Shown here piece after piece: positions 9,289 through 17,919 of a stretch of DNA of 54,171 nt (its first letter is position 1; every line of letters starts with the position of its first letter). The notes beneath the pieces were generated by a model. The model saw nothing but the letters and a program-made list of their open reading frames with translations. It had not been told where the DNA came from and did no database searches. This DNA comes from an uncultured archaeon (lineage in GTDB: Archaea; Iainarchaeota; Iainarchaeia; Iainarchaeales; VGJJ01): NCBI GenBank assembly GCA_964480125.1, contig CAYZNV010000006.1:1-54171 (forward strand), read 5' to 3'. The translations under genes and the position numbers were made by a program.

Positions 9289-10713
9289 TTAGAGCTGGAT
9301 AGGTTGATCTTGCACATACTCTTTATGCATCCGAATGCACATTGCAGCCTTACGGATCTCTGCCCCCAAATAAAGCGCATGATCCAAGCGTGAGATGAGA
9401 TTGGAATGCGCCAGCTGCGTAAACAATTCCTCCAACAATTGTTTTTCATCCATCTTGGTGTTGTGGAAAATAAAAGGCGTTTTCTTTCCATCTGGAGTGA
9501 AGTGCTGGAGGAGAATGAGTTTCTCTCCTTCTTTCATTCCCGGAACAACCGAAATCACAAAATTCCCACGCGGATCAGGAGCAAAGCGATAATGTCCTGC
9601 AAGATAGTGCTTCTTCACCACTTCTTTTGCTTCTTCCCAGCGAGGCTGATAGATGTGCGCAGAAATGGAAATACAAACTAACTGCCCAGCAGGAATGCCT
9701 ACTTCGCGCGCCATCATCTGCTGTAGCTCGCGTAACCCATACATGTTGAGCGGCCACCCCTCATACATATCATGCGAGCGAAACGAACACGTTTGGTGTA
9801 GCTTTCCATGTGAGACATTCCAAACAATCTGAGTCAAGCAAGGAGGATTCTTATTGTGCTTCTGATCCTCGTCCATTCTCCATGTGACGGCGATCGCGCG
9901 ACGCGTGTAGGGGACTTCTTTCAAGTAATCAATGGCATTCTGGACCTGATCAATGCGCTCGCGGAGGCGAGAACCATACGTGTAAACCACATTCTCGGGC
10001 TTCTCCTGCGAAACGAGCTTGGGAATGTAATCCTTCAATGCTTTTTCGTCACAAGGCATGAAAGAAGGAATGATTTCTTCGTCCCCATCAATCACTGCAA
10101 CGATGTCCACGATTTCTTTCATCTTCGTCCCGTGCTCCGTGGGCTTTTCTTCGCCGAACTTCATCACTTTGTCCAAGACTTTTAGCCATCCCTCTGAAAC
10201 CGTGTTCGCACGCACTAGAAAACCCACTTTTTCTGAGTCGTGCATGGGAAACTCTTCTAATTTGGGCTCGGGAAATTCTTTTGATGAAGTGAAAGGAGGC
10301 AATTGCTCCAAAGAAGAAATTTTTTTAGCCAATTCATCCACCGACTTCCCACGCAAATCAAAACATTTCACATGCTTGCGCAACACTTCCAAATCGTGCA
10401 CGGGAATCTCTTTCTGAAAAGAGAAATTCGTTCCAATGACTTTTCCCTGCGCATCCACTCCATGCTCAAAAAAAGCCTTGATGACATCCCCGGTATGAGT
10501 CATATCGCTTCCAAAAACAACCAAATATCTCCAATGCGGGTTTGCATAGACGCCGCGGACGATGGTGTTGATCCCGTCCATTGAATACAGGTTCGCACAC
10601 AATGCAAACTTTTCCTTGGGCAAGCGCTCCGCAATAGGCTTTGCAAGCGTCCAAAGGGTACAAATCGCCACATTTGCATGGGGATTTCCCGTCATGAATG
10701 AATCAGCAGCCAT
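9289..10713 (-). CDS. Thymidylate synthase (ThyA-family) core with extra N-terminal (MtrA-like?) and C-terminal (DUF4346-like) domains
   Basis: ThyA-type blocks: TRRAIAVTW, NPPCLTQIVW...FRSHDMYEGWPLNMYGL, ISAHIY. An N-terminal extension of about 150 aa is present. The C-terminal about 90 aa contain PDPRGNFVI, which resembles DUF4346 as I remember it. Confidence 0.7.
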   Translation of the reverse strand: MAADSFMTGNPHANVAICTLWTLAKPIAERLPKEKFALCANLYSMDGINTIVRGVYANPHWRYLVVFGSDMTHTGDVIKAFFEHGVDAQGKVIGTNFSFQKEIPVHDLEVLRKHVKCFDLRGKSVDELAKKISSLEQLPPFTSSKEFPEPKLEEFPMHDSEKVGFLVRANTVSEGWLKVLDKVMKFGEEKPTEHGTKMKEIVDIVAVIDGDEEIIPSFMPCDEKALKDYIPKLVSQEKPENVVYTYGSRLRERIDQVQNAIDYLKEVPYTRRAIAVTWRMDEDQKHNKNPPCLTQIVWNVSHGKLHQTCSFRSHDMYEGWPLNMYGLRELQQMMAREVGIPAGQLVCISISAHIYQPRWEEAKEVVKKHYLAGHYRFAPDPRGNFVISVVPGMKEGEKLILLQHFTPDGKKTPFIFHNTKMDEKQLLEELFTQLAHSNLISRLDHALYLGAEIRKAAMCIRMHKEYVQDQPIQL

Positions 10714-10782
10714 GAAGCTACTATTCTATTAGTAGGCATTTTAACGTTTGGGTGCATGGGGCGAAATGAAGAATCGCGCTTT

Positions 10783-11469
10783 TTATCGTTCCTTACTCCA
10801 ACGCAATAATTCACGCAATGAAGTGAGTTGAGCCTCGATTTCTTGGAGTTTCGTATCCGTCTTTTCCAATTGTGACGAAGAAATATGCAATTGCAATTCT
10901 TTCTGCTGCTCCGCATTCTTCGCAAGGCCTTCATGGTTCTGATACGCGGGAGAGTGCTTTACTGTCTCCAATAATTGGGCGCGGTAATCCGGGTTATGCA
11001 CAAAACTCTGAATCATGGGCCTATACTTCTCATTCGCAATCAACTTCGAACGAATCCCAATCGACTTAGAGGCATCGCGATACTCCTTATCCGTTGCATT
11101 CTTCGTCACATGCTGCCAAAAGAGGGGGTCCACGAGCTTCTTGGCATGCTGCACCACATCACGCGTGCGTGCTTTGGCATGCGTCAACTGCCAATTCCAC
11201 TTACTCGAGAAAAAACGCTTTTGCTTTTGCTCTAACTCATCAATCTGCAGCTGAAGCTTTTCCGTGGAGGGATAGACCAGCTTTGGCCAATCCTTGAAAT
11301 GAGGGGTTCCATCTGTGGTGAGGGGAAACTCCACTTGAATAATGCCCTTGCGCGAAAAATAATGCTCCAACGCCTTTTTGCGATGCGATTCACGGGAAAG
11401 AAATGCGGCGCCGCTACTCTTTTTCTCGAACGAAGCAATGGATTCAATGACTTCGGGCATAACAAGCAA
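10783..11469 (-). CDS. Hypothetical soluble protein with coiled-coil C-terminus
   Basis: 228-aa ORF with coding-like composition. No recognisable family. Confidence 0.55.
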   Translation of the reverse strand: MLVMPEVIESIASFEKKSSGAAFLSRESHRKKALEHYFSRKGIIQVEFPLTTDGTPHFKDWPKLVYPSTEKLQLQIDELEQKQKRFFSSKWNWQLTHAKARTRDVVQHAKKLVDPLFWQHVTKNATDKEYRDASKSIGIRSKLIANEKYRPMIQSFVHNPDYRAQLLETVKHSPAYQNHEGLAKNAEQQKELQLHISSSQLEKTDTKLQEIEAQLTSLRELLRWSKER

Positions 11470-11579
11470 GAAGACGGTGCCAGGAGTTAAAAGCCGCCTG
11501 CATTTTTTCGAGGAAAGACAAGCCAGTCATAAAAGGATAATGGTGCTCTCTTTGAGCTATTGCAATGGAGTGATACACC

Positions 11580-11930
11580 ATGTTTCCAGGATTAGGCGGA
11601 ATGAACCCAGCCCAAATGAAGGGCATGATGAAACAGCTCGGAATCAAGAGCGACGAACTCGATGCGCAGAAAGTAACCATTGAATTGAGCAATGGAAAGA
11701 CCATCATTTTCAATAATCCCCAAGTCACCGTAGTAGAAATGAAAAATGCTAAGTCTTACACCATCTCTGGCGAAGCCATTGAAAGCGAAGGGCACGAAGG
11801 GATTTCAGCCGAAGACATTGAATTAGTCAAAGCCCAAACCGATTGCTCGGAAGAAGACGCGCGAGCGGCACTAGAAGAAAGCAATGGAGACATTGCCGAA
11901 GCCATCGCAAGTCTGAAGAAAGAAGAATGA
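11580..11930 (+). CDS. nac: Nascent polypeptide-associated complex protein (NAC + UBA)
   Basis: MFPGLGGMNPAQMKGMMKQLGI start, a NAC beta-barrel segment, and a C-terminal UBA-like EEDARAALEESNGDIAEAI. SD-like GGAGTGAT lies upstream. Confidence 0.9.
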   Translation: MFPGLGGMNPAQMKGMMKQLGIKSDELDAQKVTIELSNGKTIIFNNPQVTVVEMKNAKSYTISGEAIESEGHEGISAEDIELVKAQTDCSEEDARAALEESNGDIAEAIASLKKEE

Positions 11931-11963
11931 GTGTGCAGCGGTGCGGTGCACAAAAAAAGAAAA

Positions 11964-12194
11964 TTAAACCCGTGCGCGCGAGTGCTTCTTATCGCGCAGC
12001 ATGCGGGAAAACTTCATCCCACTCAACAAATGTTCCATCGATGCATGCATGGCTTTCATGTGCGTCTTATGGCGCGTGTGCTTGGATGACACCATCTCCG
12101 CGAGACGGATGTAAATCAAAATACTCAACACGATCTGCACGACTTGCGCAATGAAGAGCAAGAGCAAATCCAAACGACCATCAAAGATACCCAT
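11964..12194 (-). CDS. Small membrane protein with basic His/Lys-rich tail (paralog 1)
   Basis: 76 aa with a single TM helix containing FIAQVVQIVL. It starts 5 nt after the stop of the upstream 35-aa paralog. Confidence 0.5.
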   Translation of the reverse strand: MGIFDGRLDLLLLFIAQVVQIVLSILIYIRLAEMVSSKHTRHKTHMKAMHASMEHLLSGMKFSRMLRDKKHSRARV

Positions 12195-12199
12195 AGGGA

Positions 12200-12307
12200 T
12201 TACCTCGAGTGGAGTTGGGCCAACTTGAATAGGATCAAGACACCCAAAACAATGCTCACCACTTGCGCGATGAACACAATAAACGTTCCCATATCTGCGA
12301 ATAACAT
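12200..12307 (-). CDS. Small hydrophobic peptide (paralog 2, 35 aa; below the ORF-track length cutoff)
   Basis: My translation is MLFADMGTFIVFIAQVVSIVLGVLILFKLAQLHSR. It shares the FIAQVVxIVLxxLI core with the next ORF. SD-like GGTGAGGT lies about 10 nt upstream and a TATA (TTTATATA, minus strand) at 12345-12352. Confidence 0.45.
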   Translation of the reverse strand: MLFADMGTFIVFIAQVVSIVLGVLILFKLAQLHSR

Positions 12308-12355
12308 AGGCAGAAACACCTCACCATCTAAGCCAAAAAAGCTGAGTATATAAAT

Positions 12356-12420
12356 GCCCGGGTTTCGACCGGGCGCGCCGAGAACAGGTATTGCCGCGGC
12401 AATACCTGATTTCCTTGAAT
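12356..12420 (+). repeat. Double-hairpin intergenic element, copy C
   Basis: GCCCGG-gTTTCGa-CCGGGC, linker gcgcCGAGAAc, 22-nt perfect palindrome AGGTATTGCCGCGGCAATACCT, tail GATTTCCTTGAAT. It abuts the stop of the minus-strand gene at 12421, so it is antisense to that transcript. Confidence 0.75.
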
Positions 12421-13806
12421 TTATGGAGTGGGCGTTTCTAACGCAGAAGCCTCGACTAACTCATCGCGGATGAGGGTCGCGGAAACCTGTACCGTGGCGT
12501 TATTCCCAATCGCATGGCCGGGAAGCAAATACGCATTCAGCTTGGAATCGGGAATCGAATAAGAAGCATTCCCATCATTCAAAGAAGAAAGGGAAAGGAT
12601 TCCTGGCTGATAGGATTGTATTTGCGCATTGGCATCCAACGAAGAAAAATAATTCTCGATGGCTTGTGCGGCTTGCAAGGTGTTACTGGAAGACGTGTTC
12701 ACGTCCACCAACAACTGGAATTGAGGATTTGTGAAATCCAACGCCACGCTAGTTTGCAATGAAGACTCAATGGCTTGCTTCAACAATTGCTTGGCTTGAG
12801 GCAAAGAAATATTCCCCAGCGACACAAACAATACATTCGCATCTGCATCCAATGAAACAAATTCGGTGGGGCGAGACTGGATAAACGCATTCACGTCCGA
12901 TGCCACTTCAACTGCTTGAGGAAAAGCAATGATCAGCGTGTTATCGCGGCGAGGAATAATGACATTATCCACTCCACTCAGGGAAGGAATCCCATCGAAT
13001 GCACTTTCAATGGTGGATTCCGAAAAATTAGGGACGTAATCCAATCCTCCTGTCACAATCAGCTTCGACTGTAACTCCAATACGGGGGCTGTCACGGAAA
13101 GAGCCAAGGGCTTGGGGCTCTGTGACACATTCTGGGATTCAAACAAAAACGCATTCACCACTTGCTTTCCCTGCATGATGATTTGCAGCGGGCCAATGAC
13201 TTTGTCGCCCGAGCGCGTGAAGAGAGTGGTATATCCCAGCACCTGGTTCGAAGGAAGCTTTACTGACTCACTCTTGCCATCTTCCGAGACGGCTGTCACT
13301 TCAATGGGGGTTTCCATGAGTGCCTGGAAATAAATCTCGGGAGAGGAAAACAAACCCGTTTCGAAAAGAGAATCAATAAACAATTCCTTATTCGCATCCG
13401 TCGTCAACGAGACCTGGCCCAAGTAACTGACCGCGCCCGAATTGAAATCCAGCTTCGTGAACTGTGATTGAATCCCACGAACGCCAGGAATGGAGCCAAC
13501 TGCCTCATCTAATGCCGATTTGTCCGTTTCGCTTGTCTGCGAAATGATAACTGCAGCAGGAAAGAGATCCTTCACGGTCGCCTCCACCTCATTCGAAACC
13601 AGCGTGCGCGTGACTCCTGCACTAGGATCGTCTGGGGTGGGAGTGGTATTCTCCTGCGTGGTCGAAGCCAAATATACCGCCGCACCGGAAAGCAGCATCA
13701 ATGCAATCACTGCGATTGCTCCCCACTTGATAAGGGGAGATCTTTCCGTTGTCGAGGTATTCAGCGCCATATGATCACGTTCCTGTTGGAGATGTGCCTT
13801 TACCAT
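12421..13806 (-). CDS. Hypothetical secreted or membrane-anchored protein (N-terminal TM, Ser/Thr-rich)
   Basis: 461-aa ORF with an N-terminal hydrophobic anchor (WGAIAVIALMLLSGAAVYLA). An alternative ATG lies at 13770. No recognised domain. Confidence 0.65.
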   Translation of the reverse strand: MVKAHLQQERDHMALNTSTTERSPLIKWGAIAVIALMLLSGAAVYLASTTQENTTPTPDDPSAGVTRTLVSNEVEATVKDLFPAAVIISQTSETDKSALDEAVGSIPGVRGIQSQFTKLDFNSGAVSYLGQVSLTTDANKELFIDSLFETGLFSSPEIYFQALMETPIEVTAVSEDGKSESVKLPSNQVLGYTTLFTRSGDKVIGPLQIIMQGKQVVNAFLFESQNVSQSPKPLALSVTAPVLELQSKLIVTGGLDYVPNFSESTIESAFDGIPSLSGVDNVIIPRRDNTLIIAFPQAVEVASDVNAFIQSRPTEFVSLDADANVLFVSLGNISLPQAKQLLKQAIESSLQTSVALDFTNPQFQLLVDVNTSSSNTLQAAQAIENYFSSLDANAQIQSYQPGILSLSSLNDGNASYSIPDSKLNAYLLPGHAIGNNATVQVSATLIRDELVEASALETPTP

Positions 13807-13909
13807 TTCCCTATTCCCAGGTAAAAGCCGAATAGGGAACCGAAGCCCAGTAAAGGGTTAAAAAAGGCTTGTCGGGGGACATTGGCTATTCAAAAGGAGC
13901 GATTATCCT

Positions 13910-14656
13910 ATGCAAAAAGGCGAAATCATCAGCATCGAGTTCACGGGCAAAGATATCTCAACCGGGAAAGTCTTTGATACGACTAACGAAGAACTGGCCA
14001 AGAAAAGCGGCATCTATGCCCAAAACCAAAAATATGGCCCTGTTATCGTTTCGGTGGGAAATGGGGAAGTATTGCCGGGACTCGATAACGCCCTACAACA
14101 AATGAAAGTAGGAGACACAAAAACAATCAAACTCGCACCAAAAGACGCATTCGGAGAACGCAATCCTGACTTGGTCAAAGTCTTGCCACTGAATGAATTC
14201 AAGAAACACAACGTGTCTGCGACTCCAGGAACGGTCGTCAACGTCAACGACATGCACGGAAGAGTGCAAAGCGTTTCGGGAGGAAGAGTGCGCGTGGATT
14301 TCAACCAAGATCTCGCGGGAAGAGAACTGGAATACGAACTCAAAGTACTCAAACACTATTCCACCAACGAAGAAAAAGCACACGCCATGGCGCAAAAAAT
14401 TCTCCCCGGATTAGAAAAAGCCGAAGTCAAAATTACTGGAGAAAAAGCAGAATTGCATGTGTCCGCGAAACAATTGCATGTGGTGCAGCAACGCGAAGCC
14501 ACATTTGCGAAAGGAATCCTGGATGCCATTCCAAGCGTGAAGAAAGTCGAAGTCTTGCACACGTACACGCAAGAAGACTTCAAGCACCTCCAAGAAATGC
14601 ACGCCCGCGGCGGACACTATCACGAAGACGGAAGCTATCACGAAGGCGAGCACTAA
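13910..14656 (+). CDS. FKBP-type peptidyl-prolyl cis-trans isomerase (long archaeal type with insert-in-flap and C-terminal domain, His-rich tail)
   Basis: FKBP core VFDTT...GPVIVSVGNGEVLPGLDNALQQMKVGD...AFGERNPDLV. It has a C-terminal HARGGHYHEDGSYHEGEH tail. Confidence 0.88.
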   Translation: MQKGEIISIEFTGKDISTGKVFDTTNEELAKKSGIYAQNQKYGPVIVSVGNGEVLPGLDNALQQMKVGDTKTIKLAPKDAFGERNPDLVKVLPLNEFKKHNVSATPGTVVNVNDMHGRVQSVSGGRVRVDFNQDLAGRELEYELKVLKHYSTNEEKAHAMAQKILPGLEKAEVKITGEKAELHVSAKQLHVVQQREATFAKGILDAIPSVKKVEVLHTYTQEDFKHLQEMHARGGHYHEDGSYHEGEH

Positions 14657-14678
14657 ACTTCCGGAAAAATAATCGAAG

Positions 14679-14732
14679 GACGGGTGCAGCCGTGTTGCGC
14701 CTGGATTTCGCAGTGGCTAGCCGAAACTGGCC
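14679..14732 (-). repeat. Double-hairpin intergenic element, copy D (inverted, degenerate)
   Basis: The reverse complement reads GGCCAG-TTTCGG-CTAGCC (one stem mismatch), then linker actGCGAAAtc. The second hairpin has diverged to only a weak ACGG/CCGT stem. Confidence 0.55.
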
Positions 14733-14760
14733 AGTAATGTAGCCTCGAATTCCGTGCTTA

Positions 14761-14770
14761 TTTATAAATA
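14761..14770 (+). promoter_or_regulatory. TATA box upstream of the proteasome beta gene
   Basis: TTTATAAATA lies 43-52 nt upstream of the first ATG at 14813. Confidence 0.5.
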
Positions 14771-14812
14771 CTCAGGGGATATTCATTAGCATAGGCTCCT
14801 ACTTTTTGTGAG

Positions 14813-15472
14813 ATGATTTGTGTGCAAGCGATGACAAACGAGAACAAAGGAATCTTGAAGACGGGCACGACCACCGTTGGAGTAAGAACCAAAGAATGCG
14901 TCGTATTGGCAGCGGATCAAAAAGCAACGATGGGTTATTTTGTTGCCGAAACCGACACCAAGAAAGTGTTCAAGCTAACGGATAGAATTGCCATTACGAT
15001 GGCTGGCGGAGTGGGAGATGCCCAAACGCTCGTACGCTTCTTACGATCACAAGCCAAATTATTTGAAATTGAAAGAGAAACAGCCATCACGACGAAAGCA
15101 CTCGTGACATTCTTGAGCAACATCTTAAGCAACTCACGCTTCTACCCCTTCATGATCCAATTCATTGTGGGCGGATACACGAATGGAACTGCAGCGATGT
15201 ACAACATGGACATGGCCGGCGGCGTTTCAGACGTCAACGATTACACCGTCACGGGATCCGGAAGCGAATTCGCCATGGGTGTGCTGGATAACCAATACAA
15301 AGTCAGCATGCGCCGAGACGAAGCCATCAAGCTCGCCATTGCCGCCGTAAATGCCGGAAGAAAACGCGACGCCGCATCGGGCGGAGACAGCGTAACCGTT
15401 CTGGTCATCGACGACAAAGGCATCATGGAAATGGACCGCAAGGACGTCGACAAAATCCTTGCCGCCATGTAA
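14813..15472 (+). CDS. psmB: Proteasome subunit beta
   Basis: A propeptide is followed by GTTTVGV (catalytic Thr) and a typical Ntn-hydrolase core. An alternative start lies at 14831 (MTNENKG). Confidence 0.92.
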   Translation: MICVQAMTNENKGILKTGTTTVGVRTKECVVLAADQKATMGYFVAETDTKKVFKLTDRIAITMAGGVGDAQTLVRFLRSQAKLFEIERETAITTKALVTFLSNILSNSRFYPFMIQFIVGGYTNGTAAMYNMDMAGGVSDVNDYTVTGSGSEFAMGVLDNQYKVSMRRDEAIKLAIAAVNAGRKRDAASGGDSVTVLVIDDKGIMEMDRKDVDKILAAM

Positions 15473-15639
15473 GGTTCAGAAGAAAAAATAGGAATACACC
15501 CCCCATTACCCTTTCTCCTGCGCAGGAAACCTACTCCTGCACGGGTTCACGCTCACCATCTGTTATTCTCTCATTGAATCACAGAAAAGAGAAAAATTAT
15601 CAGAACAAGCAAACAAACAATCAAACCATGTGAAATCAT

Positions 15640-17535
15640 ATGATGGAATTAAACGAAATAGAAAAATTCATCATGGGAAAACTCCCCAAGACATGCCAAG
15701 TCACTAATGTCGACTTTGAGGGACCGGAAATCGTCCTCTATACCAAAAACCCATCCGCATTCTTCGATTCAAAAGAAAATCACGTGGGAAAGATCGCATT
15801 CGAACTCAAGAAAAAAATCTCCATTCGTGCGGACAAAAGCAAACTCATGGATGTCTCGGATGCCAAAAAAATCATCGAAGGACTCATCCCTTCGGATGCC
15901 GAAGTCAAGAACATTACCTTTGTTGATGCGTTCTGCCAAGTCGTCATCGAATCCATGAAGCCAGGACTGGTCATCGGAAAGGGAGGAGAGACGAGCAAAG
16001 CCATCATCACCCAAACAGGATGGACCCCCAAAATATTGCGCGCACCCACTTCTAATTCCGAATTCCTGCAGGGAATACGCTATCACCTCAACAAACACGC
16101 CCCGGAAAGAAAAAAATTCCTACAAGAGACCTCCAAGAAAATCTATCGCGTCGCCACATCGAAACACGACTGGGTGCGCCTCACAGGATTAGGGGCATTT
16201 CGCGAAGTAGGGAGAAGTTGCATGATGGTGGATACTCCCATCACGCGCATTCTCATGGACTGCGGTATTAACGCCGCGCGACCGGATGATCCCTATCCCT
16301 ACTTGGATGCGTTGTATTTTCCTCTTTCTGAGATGGATGCGCTCATCATCTCCCACGCGCACATGGACCACCAGGGATTTGCGCCATTCCTTTACCGAAT
16401 GGGATTTCGCGGACCGCTCTATTGCACCGAGCCCACGCGCGATCTGATGGCGTTATTGCAGTTTGACTTTGTTGATTTATGCGTGAAAGAAGGAAAAGAA
16501 CCCCCCTACACTGAAAAAGACATCAAAGAAGAATTGAAACACGTCATCGTGCGCGACTACCGCGAGGTCACGGATATCTCTCCGGACATGAAACTGACAT
16601 TCTTCAATGCCTCTCACATTTTGGGGAGCTCCTCCGTGCACTTGCATATCGGCGAGGGCGCGCATAACTTGGTGTACTCCGGGGACTACAAGTATGGATT
16701 TACGCGATTGTTTGACACTATGGACATCGCCTATCCCCGCGTGGAAACACTCATTACCGAGTCCACATATGGAGGAGAGCACGACATCATGCCCTCCCGC
16801 GATGACGCGGAAAGAAAGTTATTGCGCATCATCCAAGATACCTTTGCTAAGGGAGGCAATGTGCTGATTCCCGTATTTGCCGTGGGAAGAGGACAAGAAG
16901 TCATGCTCGTCATCGAAGAATTCTACCGCCAAGGGCTCCTTCCGGATGCCAAAGTCTACATTGATGGGCTAACCAAAGAAGCATCTGCCATTCACACCGC
17001 ATACCCGGAATATCTGAGACAGAATGTGCAGCGCCGCATTTTCTCGAATGACTCGCCATTCACCTCTCCCTTATTCCACCAAGTGACTGCGAAAGATCGA
17101 GATGAAATACTCAAAGACGGAAAAGTCATCATCCTCGCTAGCTCTGGAATGCTTAACGGTGGAGCGAGTTTGGATTATTTTTATCGCATGGCGGACAATC
17201 CCAATAACACCTTGGTGTTTGCCGGATGGCAAGGAGAAGGAAGCTTGGGAAGAAAACTACAAGCCGGAATCAAAGACATCCCCGTGGCAGATAACAAAGG
17301 AAAGACACGCATGCTAACGGTTAACATGCGCCAGGAAGCCCTGGAAGGATTCTCGGGACACTCGGACTTCCTCCAACTCCAAAACTATGTGCGCAACATC
17401 AACCCCCAACCCAAGCGCATCATCGTGGATCATGGAGAAAAAACCAAAACAGTTGCGTTCGCCAAACATTTGACAAACAAATTTGGGATTAAGTCCGCAG
17501 CCATCCGAAATCTCGACACTATCCGATTACGTTAG
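15640..17535 (+). CDS. aCPSF1: KH-domain beta-CASP metallo-beta-lactamase RNase (archaeal transcription termination/RNA processing factor)
   Basis: 631 aa with N-terminal KH-type regions (GLVIGKGGETSKAI), an HxHxDH motif (ISHAHMDHQG), and a beta-CASP region ending in GFSGHSD. Confidence 0.92.
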   Translation: MMELNEIEKFIMGKLPKTCQVTNVDFEGPEIVLYTKNPSAFFDSKENHVGKIAFELKKKISIRADKSKLMDVSDAKKIIEGLIPSDAEVKNITFVDAFCQVVIESMKPGLVIGKGGETSKAIITQTGWTPKILRAPTSNSEFLQGIRYHLNKHAPERKKFLQETSKKIYRVATSKHDWVRLTGLGAFREVGRSCMMVDTPITRILMDCGINAARPDDPYPYLDALYFPLSEMDALIISHAHMDHQGFAPFLYRMGFRGPLYCTEPTRDLMALLQFDFVDLCVKEGKEPPYTEKDIKEELKHVIVRDYREVTDISPDMKLTFFNASHILGSSSVHLHIGEGAHNLVYSGDYKYGFTRLFDTMDIAYPRVETLITESTYGGEHDIMPSRDDAERKLLRIIQDTFAKGGNVLIPVFAVGRGQEVMLVIEEFYRQGLLPDAKVYIDGLTKEASAIHTAYPEYLRQNVQRRIFSNDSPFTSPLFHQVTAKDRDEILKDGKVIILASSGMLNGGASLDYFYRMADNPNNTLVFAGWQGEGSLGRKLQAGIKDIPVADNKGKTRMLTVNMRQEALEGFSGHSDFLQLQNYVRNINPQPKRIIVDHGEKTKTVAFAKHLTNKFGIKSAAIRNLDTIRLR

Positions 17536-17544
17536 TCGATTTCT

Positions 17545-17612
17545 GGCCTGTTTCGGCAGGCCGTCTCGAGAATGGATTCTTACTTCGCAAGAATCCAATG
17601 TTAACTCAATTC
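17545..17612 (+). repeat. Double-hairpin intergenic element, copy E
   Basis: GGCCTG-TTTCGG-CAGGCC, linker gtctCGAGAAt, GGATTCTT-acttcgc-AAGAATCC, tail TTAACTCAATTC. A second tail-like TTTTCTCAAATTC lies at 17617-17629. The element starts 10 nt after the aCPSF1 stop. Confidence 0.75.
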
Positions 17613-17892
17613 TATGTTTTCTCAAATTCTCGGAATAAAATGAACTTACTTTCTACATAATATAGTTTTCATTTTTGGGTATTGGAAAGAATATTTTTGT
17701 TTTTTGGTCATTTCAACATAAAGTAAGAAATTGGAGGCGTTTATGTTGCGGTGCTGCAGCAAAACATTCTTTCCCCAAATTTTGTTTCCACATAAGAAAC
17801 GGGGCTCATATAACGCTTCTTTTTGGCTATTTGTAATTAATTAACCTTTTTTGATGAAAAGGAGGTAAAAGAAAGCTCTGTTTGCCGAAAAG

Positions 17893-17900
17893 TATATAAA
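17893..17900 (+). promoter_or_regulatory. Strong TATA box (AAGTATATAAAGG context)
   Basis: TATATAAA is preceded by purines (BRE-like). The predicted TSS is near 17920-17927. Confidence 0.5.
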
Positions 17901-17919
17901 GGTGGTCGCGTTATACTTC

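Noticed and set aside
12144-12353. 69-aa plus-strand ORF whose stop sits 2 nt before repeat copy C
   Set aside because: This is tempting because other copies abut stop codons. However, it is exactly antisense to the two paralogous TM mini-ORFs, which show internal paralogy, an SD and a TATA. Its translation has no hydrophobic or conserved character.
15516-15540. 12-nt perfect palindrome TCCTGCGCAGGA followed by a direct repeat of CTCCTGC, downstream of psmB
   Set aside because: It is short, occurs once, and lies in a 3' intergenic region where a simple terminator or stabilising hairpin is the most economical explanation. It is not reported as a separate finding.
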